From NCBI GenBank assembly GCA_036172245.1, contig JAYWIR010000013.1, forward strand, positions 1,302,001 to 1,366,000: a DNA stretch of 64,000 nucleotides. Direction: 5' to 3'. This DNA comes from Raillietiella orientalis (taxonomy: Eukaryota). The notes below the pieces were generated by a model. The model was not told where the DNA came from, searched no databases, and worked only from the letters and a program-made list of their open reading frames with translations. Each line of letters opens with the position of its first letter. The stretch's first letter is position 1. This document shows positions 50,360-59,888 of the stretch, one piece after another. Both the position numbers and the translations under genes were made by a program.

Positions 50360-51100
50360 GATGAGTTGAAGTTGTTAGGTAAGGGATGTTATGAGTGAAC
50401 TGATAGGAATGAGTGGGTTATAAGTTCGGTCCGGTAATTAGGATAAGGGTGATGGTGGGGACGTGAGTGATTTATCCTAAGAATTGGGGTTCAATGAGGA
50501 GGAGAATGGAGTTGATGCTATTTCTATGTTATTTAAGTGGGAGAATATATGGAATGTTGATGAGTGGGTGGGCAAGGAATGCGAAGTACAGTTGTGTTGG
50601 TGTGATACGTTCAGTAGCTTAAATGATTTCTTATGAAGTGTGTATGATTATTGTGTTGATGGGTGTAGTAATGTATATGGGTAGATATAGTTTAAAGTTC
50701 GAGATGGGGAGTGCTTGATGTTTTGTATGTCAGGGAAATTGGTTGTGCGAATTCTTGCATGTTTCGAGGAAGTTAATCCTTTAGTTTATGATCTTTCGGA
50801 AGGTGAGTCCGAGTTATTTTCAAGATACAAAATGGAGTATGAATGTTTGCTTTCTGTTTTTGTCAGAATATAGATTTATTGTTTACTGAAGGTTGTTGAC
50901 AAGGCGAACGTATATAAGGAGTGGGGTTAAGGGTTTGATTGTAATGTATGTGATTATATGATTTCGGAGAGTTTTGCCGCGGAATTGATGAGGGGTTGGT
51001 GTATATGGGTTAGGGCGAGGAGTTTATTGTATTGTAGTTTTTATTTGTTATTATGCGGAAGAGGGGTGGTGATGATAAGGTTAGGGAAGTAAATGTGGGT
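50360..51100 (+). pseudogene. ND1: NUMT of mitochondrial NADH dehydrogenase subunit 1
   Basis: In invertebrate mitochondrial code: KLLGK...GMLMSGWASNAKYSCVGVMRSVA*MISYEV...DLSEGESELFS.Y.MEY...IMWFRSVLPR, matching ND1 GWxSNSKY, AQTISYEV, EGESELVSGFNVEY and WVRxTLPR. Strong G+T skew, frameshifts and a CAA>TAA stop. Confidence 0.92.
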
Positions 51101-51103
51101 TAG

Positions 51104-51294
51104 AACTGATACCTAACTGTAAACAGCTACTCCGAAGTCAACACTCTCTGAAGACCTCATACAAGTTAAAAGATGACTACGCACCTACGCAAGATTAGCA
51201 GTCATTTCCAAGGAACAAGGGGACCTCGGCACACCACATCTACAAGGTATTTCCAACTAGCAGAGGGTGTTTCACGAGCTGAACACCAAATACC
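51104..51294 (+). pseudogene. Endogenous CRESS-DNA virus (circovirus-like) Rep N-terminal fragment
   Basis: N*YLTVNSYSE (RCR motif I, WCFTLNNY-like), then after a small duplication/frameshift EDLIQVKR*LRTYARLAVISKEQGDLGTPHLQG (motif II; PHLQG at 51234-51248). Motif spacing is about 30 residues; motif III and the helicase are absent. Confidence 0.7.
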
Positions 51295-51299
51295 TCTCC

Positions 51300-53900
51300 C
51301 TCTCCAAGTATCGGAGCCGGTACGAGACGAGGAACGAATTCCATAGCGTTACATGAGACATCGGGGGGCTGGAGAAGAAGAACATTGCCCGGATATCATC
51401 TGCATCCGGCACGAAGGTCAGGTTCAGTCCAGAAAACGATGGAATGGGATCTTTGCTCTGTGGTTGGTCATTCACTCACTTCAGCAACGTCCTCCATCTT
51501 CAAGATATAGCGCTATGTCCAGGCGGATGCTCTGCCGCAGTTCCTGATCCCAATTTCCCTCTTTAGAACTCCTTGCAGGATAGCAGCGGCAGGCACTGTG
51601 GTTCGTGGAACTGTGGATGCCTTCACGATTTGGGGCATCGAAGGTCAAGCGCGTTACAAAACTGGAGAGATCATGGTCGCCTTCTCCATGCCACTATAGA
51701 GAAGGCTGGAAATAGCTGTATCGGGGTAATGAAAAACCTAATCCTACATCTTTGAAAGATGGCGAACGACTCATCCTACCCAGAAGTCACCATGGAGGAA
51801 ATGAAAATAGGTTCTCTGGATTGCTGAAAGATGTGGGGGCAGGACCCAACAGTGTGCCAATCTCGCACTGCCAACAGTACCTGAGTGCCAACCTACTCAC
51901 TTTTCAAGAATTCACGCTACTGATTCGGGGAAAAGGAATGCTTCCTGCTTCATTCCAGAGCAAGATGAGAGGGGTGCCGAAGGGAAGAGGCCTAAATTAG
52001 GTCAACCAATGGAAGCCGATCGCTATCCTAAATACGGATGCCAGGTGACTGGCCAATACCAAAGGGTCGGCAGAGCATCATGCCGACGACGACTTCTCCG
52101 TACTGGACATGCGCGGTGCCCAAGCGACGCGTTTCTGACAACGTGAAGTGAGCCAAGAAGCCATCGGTTACCAGCAGTACGTTGGCATGGACCTGGAGAT
52201 TTGCTTCAGAGGAGATATTTTATACGGTGGACCATGGAACCTCCTGGGATTCCTGAAAAACTGGGTCTCCGGAGGCATTCCTGAGAGTACGTAAGGATCG
52301 TTAACAAGGAAGCTCTTTGCGAGGTCCAAATCATCAGGCAAGAAACAGAAACCCTCAGCGTGGAAAGGGGTATCCGTTCAGGAGGCGCTCTCATTCCGAT
52401 GCTTTTCGTCATGCACACGGAAGGGGCATCGTCGTTTTTCAACAGCGGACTCCTGCGAGGCAACCAAATGGATGAGGAGGAGCTAACACTCCGAGATCAT
52501 GCCGATGATCTTCTACCTAAAGAGCGAGAAGAATCAAAATGACATGCCTGGATGCAATAAGCTACCCAAAATAAGGACTTCGCTTGGTTATCAACGCCAA
52601 TCAATCGAAAATCATGCCCATCGGGATGATGGATGTCTCCACATTGAGGGATCATGGATTCCGAGCAGTGGACTTCGTAAAATACTGGAAATTGATATGG
52701 AATACGCATCCAAACCGTCAACAGTGTGGAAAGAATTCCTGTGAGGGTCAGAGGGAACGCGGGAGAGTATCTTCGGTTCGACTTGAGCATGAAACAGAGG
52801 ATCAGCCCGTGGAATGGCTTTCTGCCTGCCAAGGTGCTCTTTGGAGACACTTTCTGCCCAATGGGCAAGACGACACGCATGGAAGCAGAACTGCAAAGGA
52901 AACCTTGTATGGGCGAGAATCTGCACCGAAGATGAGACTCAAGTTTCTATGCTGCTCGCGAGAGGAAGGCGCGACCGTGGGAAGCTCACTAAAACAATCC
53001 ATGCAAGTCACGGAGGCGCAGCATCTCCTGAAACTCGCCGGGGATTGGGAAAAGCGTTCGTTTGCGGTTTGCGGAACCTACCCGCAGTTGTGGAGCAGCT
53101 CGAGCAAATTGGAAAATTGGGAGTAGGTGAGCACTTACCCTAACTGTTAGAGGTGAACCAATCTAAAAATAGTGCCTTGTAGAAAGAGAATATGGAACGA
53201 AGAGCTGGCCTTGACGATTTCTTGTTTCCTCCTCCATTCCACGGGAGACGTGGCAGTGGATGCACTCGGATTGAACATCGGAGACCGCGAAAAGTTCACT
53301 ACGAGTGGCAATCGATGGGATTGCGTGCCTGGCAGAGAAAGAGACCGCGATGCTCTCGCCACATCTGCTGTCAGCTGCTTCGGGATTCAAAATTGAGCAT
53401 GAGAGAGGTTGGAACAACAGTCTTGACGAGAGACCTGTTACCTAATGAAGAGCTCCTCACATCTTATCACTGTGGATATCCGACTGGAAGTTGGAGGACC
53501 CGAGACTGGATGGGAAATAGAATGATGAGCTTTGCACGGCATGTGGAGACAAGGGGATCCGACTCCATGTGCGCACCTGCCCAACACGACACTGAGATTG
53601 AAGGATTCAGGAGGAGACGAGTCTGCATTATGGAACGAGATTGGGAATCCTAAAAGGGTTGTTTGATAAGGAACGGCGTCGTCTCTCTATACAATCCAAT
53701 GGTGCGGACGGCAATCGCCTCTTCTTCACGAGTATCGTGAAGAGAAGGATGAAAATGAGAAAGGTGAGAAAAGCATCTCAATTCTTCTTCTGCATTCTGC
53801 ACCCCCTGAGTGCATTCAGGACTCCTTGGCTGTTTCATTCCCCCTTTTCCTTCGAGATGCTGAGGCTCCAGAAACGAGGTAAGTGACCAGTGCGGAATCT
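51300..53900 (+). mobile_element. Degenerate L1/Tx1-clade ORF2 (RT through C-terminus), a different family
   Basis: WKPIAILNTDAR (~52010), RGIRSGGALIPMLF (~52366), HADD (52498-52509, YADD position), LVINANQSKIM, LCCSREEG; many stops and frameshifts. Confidence 0.8.
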
Positions 53901-55149
53901 CTACGCGTTGGTGAGACGGGAACAGCGTGAAGAGATGCAGGATGGTTAACCAGGGATCTCAACGACTTCTGTTGTCTGTATCAATCCACGGATTCTGTCC
54001 TTCTCAGAGGCTTCACTAATGGCATCTTCCACCTCAGTACATTGGGTATTGTCCAACACCTAACATTGACAGATGACCTCCCTCCTCCCAGGAGAAAATA
54101 ACTTTACAGCCGAGGTGAGCTCAAGGGCGTTAATAATAAGGGTGGCGGACAGTATGCGCTTCAGTGGTGCAGCACAAGTAGCATTAAGGACCTAAACAAG
54201 AAGGTCCTTTCCGGAAGACCGGTATCCCTCGACTTCGCTCTGGACAGATCCAAGTGGCTATCATTTCCTGCCATCCATTAAACCATCCTTCACGTATCTT
54301 TCCATATTTTGGCGTTTTCTCTGAATTAAAAGCGATCAAAACTCCTAGAAGAGCGCAAGGTCAGCAGAGGAGCCGACGAAACAACCAAGTGAAATCAGCG
54401 TCACAGGATGTGTCGTCTCAAGCTCTGCAGTGCCTCACACCCACTCGCAAGAAGGTGAAAGGATCCGTGGCGGGGTAAGGATAATGCAACATACCCTTTA
54501 GGGGCTTTGGATGGGCTCTGGGGTTTTAGCAACACGTTAGACGACACTTCATGATGATAGCAGAACCACTTGAAAACTAACGAATAGTCTACTTCGAAGG
54601 GTCAAATGGCTGCGGGAACCGTAATGAGGTGGGGCCATTTGACATTCCCAGAAGAGCGTTTTACGGTATTGGAAAAGACTTCCTGGACTTACTTCCCGGG
54701 AGCAGATCCCTTGATCTTTCATGACGAAGAGGAGAGTGGAAGAGGAAGTGCCTCAAATCACAATCCCATGTTTTCATGCTTAAGATGAAAAAAATATGAA
54801 ACACGAACATGTTATGGACGAAAATGACAAACTTGAATAGTTTTTGTGGCAAGTCCGCTACTACGGTTAAGCATTCAAGGATATCTAGCGAATGCTAGGT
54901 ATACACCACGTTTGGTCCTAGAAGGAAACTCATACTTTTTTTTTTTTTTTATTCATCTTCACTTTTAAAAATCGAAGCATGCGTTCCTACTTCCAGTTCT
55001 TAGAATTCTCTGTATCCCAAGGCATTAAAGAACAATGCATAATGAGGAATGGCTGCACATGCAGCGTTAATTATATTCGTAAGCTTGACGCTTAAAAACA
55101 ACTTTGCTATTTTTCCCTTTTTCTTATTGCCCTCCTCGCTTCTAGCATC

Positions 55150-56250
55150 ACAGAGAATAGATACAAGTACCTGCTATCATTGGAAATTAATTTCCATTTC
55201 TTCAGGTCCTTGCTACAACGCAGTGGCTGTATTGACATCCATTCAAAGACAAGAAGCAAAGTTGAAAACCAAGATTCCAAAATATTTCTTTAAGGCGTTA
55301 TACAAGGAGCCGTTTTCAAGGAATGGATTGATTTGTATTAACAGATGTCTACAAAACCCTAATAGTCATGTCATGTTGGACTTCAAAGAAATTGCTTCAT
55401 CATTTCGTTCCAACGAAATGATGAAAGAATCAGATCTTTAGAGACGGGATAGCTTTGATGCAATAGCTACTGGTATCCAGGAATGTTCATTCTATCATTC
55501 TTATATGATTCGTGTCGGCTCCTAGGCTACCGTATTTGGTAGTCTAATTACGAATAGATGTTTAGAGTGATTGTAATTGTCTGTATATCTAGTTGACAAG
55601 CTGTAAAGGCTTCGGTTTAAAATTCTGCAGAATCATTGCCAGATCAGAAAAACAAACACATTCCTAGCTTTTTCAAAACGTGATGCACCTTTTCTCTTCC
55701 AGTAGGGAAGTTCGTGATGATTTGCCTTTCCAGAGCGGTCCTGCTTGGCCTGTTCTGCTAAAATTGGTTAAAACACTCATCCGCAAACGGATTCGCCCCT
55801 TCTGTTTCTTTTAAACAGGAATGTCATTATCTTTCGTATCCTGACTTCTCGCCCATGATTGAATTTGAAAATCTTCACTACCAAGGAATTTAATCACAAG
55901 TGAGATAGGTAGCAAATGAAAGGTTGAGGGATTATTCTTCATGTCCAATGTATGTCCTCTGATGTAGCACGCTGGTTGGCAACTCTCAAATGGTCATTTC
56001 CTTTCAGCTGCTTACTGAGTTTTGCCTGGGCAGCTGATGGCATTGAACAGATTTGGGACTTTGTCGCTGGACTACTATGAAAGAACTTGTCGATAAACGA
56101 ATGCATGCATTCACTCACTGTCCAATGCAAGTTTCGGCATTCATGTGAAACTAAACATCAGACACCGTGTGACACTCCGTGCCTTGCTCGAATTGAGGAT
56201 CATTTTGATGTGCACACAGAAAAACCGAAAGCAAATGTGGCTAAAATCAC
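55150..56250 (+). mobile_element. Ancient non-LTR RT remnant
   Basis: HWKLISI (WRPISL-like), MLDFKEI (LDFEKAF-like), REVRDDLPF (RGVRQGCPL-like) and SANGFA (YADD position), in order. Confidence 0.4.
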
Positions 56251-56888
56251 AAAAACGAAGAAATCAACAGCATACTGATCTCGTTTCCGAATGAACGCAT
56301 GTGTTAATTGTAAACTTGTAATAACTGATGAACCTTACTGTAATGAAATTCATCGCAAATTCATACCTTTGTTTTGCTATTTTCCTTGGAATAATTAAAT
56401 CTGATAAAAACAATTGCTGTGAAAGCAAAGAATGCTGTAGGAAGAGCTTTATTCGTCATACTTGCTTATTGCACTCAAGTTGTAATTAATAAGCATCGTT
56501 AATTGAACAAACAAAAGTTTTACCAGTTACTTACGAAGAGACAACCCTTATGTAAAAAAAAGAACTTTTTACATGCGCGTATGGAACATATGGGATCCAT
56601 GTCGAACGACGAAAAGATGTAGGCGGCAATTTTTGTTAAAATTCCTTCTTTAACGTCGACTTTTTCGGAAACGCAAGGGTTAGTAGGAGCTGTGTTGACG
56701 TTAATGTCGTTACTAGACTGTGTGCACCCATTTGTTATATTGACAAATGTTTCACAGTACTTTACCATGATCACCGTGTTCCTGCAGTGATTATGTAAAG
56801 ACGTTAAGAGCTCCGGAAGATCCGACAACTTGCCCTGTTTGGAATTTGTGATGAAATCTTTTAGGCAGACGCCTAAAATTTAGGAAGC

Positions 56889-59888
56889 ATGAGCTTGAAT
56901 TTCGAAGTGGAGGATAAATCGTTCTCGAGCATTCTGCAGAATGTTAGCAGGTTTAACATTGCACACTAGTAAAAACTGCTTCAACTTTTCAGAATCCAGT
57001 AAACTAGATCATTCCACTTTTGATTGCAGTGATGTCCTCCCTAGTGAAGCAGAACAGTTACAAGAGAAAACGAAGTCTTACGTGTTGAAACTTAGATTGC
57101 GTGTCCTCCAAACAGATTATGCAAATCTTACTGAATTATGTTCAAAACAGGTAATATTATGGAATGCGAATCAGCTTTCGAACAATACCTTATGGGAGAA
57201 ACAGCATCGGAAATACTTGGAATTTTATCTTTGAATTTTTGGATCACTTTTATTTTAATTTCAAAGTGTCAGTTAAAATGGACAACATCAATTGTTAGTC
57301 TCAGATAGAAATTCAAGTAGAGTCATTGCTAAAAACAAAAAGAGAGCGGAGAAGGAAGGAACGAATGCTTTCTAGCGTTATCTGTACAAAATCAGGAAAA
57401 CAAATATCTGTTTTAAGTCATTATAAACTTAGAACCTTGATCCTATGAAACTTGAAACACTACTGCAAGCTTCCTTTGGATTACATAAAGCACTATTGAT
57501 CGGGCGGTTGTTTGTCTGTCTGTCTGAAAAACACCCAAAAAATACATTTATTTTGCATTTTACTTTTCATCATTATAACGAAAACTAAAAAAAAAGAAAT
57601 GTGACTCAATATATTGGTGTCATGGTTTACTAAGGTTTCCAGAAGAATTAAATGTTGAACATGAAATTCCAAAATAGTGGAAAAAAATTTTCCACTCAGA
57701 AATGTAAACGCAGGTGTTCCACATTCCTAAATAATCAAAAAAATGTTATAGAGAAACAGTATTGTTTGTACATTGTGGTACTTCTCATATGTCCACTGAA
57801 TTTAGTTCAATTGACATTGTTTATGACTTCATTTTTATATAATATTCAAGAAAGTGTTTGAATGAAAATAGAAGATGGAATAAAGAATTATCTTTTAAAA
57901 AATCAATTGATGTGTAGCTTTTCCTGGTCCACTTTTAATTAAAGGTTGTTGTTGCTTCAAGTCTGCAGATTTGTGACACTAGTGATGTGGTTTTGGTGCT
58001 GGGTTTACGTGAATGTAGAGTTCTCATTTGGAAATAATTTTTTCCTGTAGGGGAATTTTCATTGCTATTAATTTGTTTATCCTATAAATAAATGACTTCA
58101 TTTTTCTATATTTATAATGAATACTATTCTTACTTATTTTGATATCATATTGCCAAAAAGAAGACATCATAAATAGTCATAAATTGTAATGTATGATTGG
58201 CATTTATTTTGAAAACCATTTGATGTCTTGTGAGCAGTGATTATGAGAAACAAAATGGGTCACAGTATGGTATGACAAGCTGAGTTATTTTTAATATGTA
58301 GTGAATTGTGTGCTCATGTCTTGTGGGTGAATGTGATTGTTCTGTCAAGTTAAATTTTAATTATTAGAAGTACTGTGCATTTGATTTTTTTAAAATCACC
58401 TATCCATCTGATGAAAACGCAATTTAGTAATCAAAGCAGATCTAATATGATTAGTTTTTTGCCTGTACACAAAATTCCAATGCACTGGGAACTACTGTGA
58501 ATCATGGAAGCCAAACATCATGTACATGTATTCATGTACATGATGTTTGGCTTCCATGATTCACATCCAAAATTAAGTACATAAGCAGAATCAAGGTTCA
58601 TAAGGTAGCAAATGATTGCCCATGTAGGTTTAACTGTATTCTGAAACATGTAACCCGTTTTTCTTGTTTTCAGTTCACTTTGTATGCACAAACATATAGC
58701 AAGTGGATACATGACATTACCACTTGCTCTTGGTACATCACAATTTGCAGATAACTTTCAGAGATTTTTATCTTTGAATTATTAGCTTGAACTAAAGTAT
58801 TCGTGTTATATTCCATGTAATCCAGGATGGAAATGTTAATGAGTGTGTCATGTTTTCCTCTTTTGGTAGCAAGTATCCAATAAAATGTTATGCAAGACAT
58901 AAATGGATTCAAGTAGATTCCAAATGACTTTGTCTTATTATTTAGAATCAACAAATTCAGGAACAAGCTCAAAAGATAAAAGGATTGAATGAAATGAATA
59001 ATAAACTGCAAAAGCAAATTGACAAACTAACTCACCTGCAGGCACAGGAAAGCAAATCTAGACTTAAGCTGGAAGCAGAATACAAGGATCTGAAGAATGA
59101 ACATGCAAAAGTTTCTAAGGTATTTGCAGCTGACAGGTGGTAAATAATAAGAATGGAAAAATGCACAATGTAGATAGAAGCTATTTTAAATGCACCATCA
59201 GTTGATAGCAAGTCACATTCTCATGTAAAAATGAACACTCTAATTCTTTTTCCAAAGTAAATGCATTACACATATTTACTCTGAAAGTGGCACAGAAGTC
59301 TTTGGTTACAAATAACAGGACTATTCATTTTGAAGTTTCCATAAGCTTTTGAGTTTGGGCATGCTGGCATGGTTGGAACAGTAGCAAAATGCTACAAGAA
59401 CTATTGCAGTTGAAAAAATTTGGATGCTCTCTATTCCAAGCATGCTTTTTATTTTGTCAGTATAGAACGTTTCTAGCCTCAAAAATTTCAGGAGCAAAGA
59501 ATCCTAGTAAAGAAACAGTTATCAACGTGCTCAGCTCAAAAATCTTTAGAGAATCGAATGAACAAATGCAATTCAGAAAACACCAAGCTCAGAACTCAGC
59601 AACTAGGCATGCTGCAAGAAAAACAAAACAATCAAAGCATCATAGGATCTTTAAATAAGAAAATTCAAGATCTTGAGGAAGAAAAGCAACATTTATTGCA
59701 AGGAATGAAGATACAAATGAAACTTGTTGATGTGTTAAAAAAGCAGAAGGTATGCAATTCCTCAGTGATACTAGAAAAAAGGTTCATTTTAGCTACATCT
59801 GTTTGCTGCTCAATTGATTAAGCTGAAGGAAATGGAACTATGGAACCTATTAGGCATTAAGCCAAACGATGTTTCAGAACAATCATGA
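56889..59888 (+). CDS. TEX9: Testis-expressed protein 9-like coiled-coil protein, 5 coding exons, ~246 aa (true start uncertain)
   Basis: Exons 56889-56950, 57000-57150, 58946-59119, 59492-59749, 59793-59888. LKLRLRVLQ (cf. LKAKLHVMQ), LENRMNK (cf. EVRLNR), GMKIQMKLVDVLKKQKLHLFAAQLI (cf. [25 protein letters not shown]). Confidence 0.82.
58496..58565. repeat. Perfect 33-bp inverted repeat, 4-nt loop, in TEX9 intron 2
   Basis: TGTGAATCATGGAAGCCAAACATCATGTACATG-TATT-CATGTACATGATGTTTGGCTTCCATGATTCACA. Confidence 0.97.

Noticed and set aside
56520..56880. Minus-strand ORF or AT-AC (U12) intron upstream of TEX9
   Set aside because: No recognisable protein and no RTATCCTT donor; better explained as CpG-richer promoter sequence. 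No U12-type donor was seen in any reconstructed intron.
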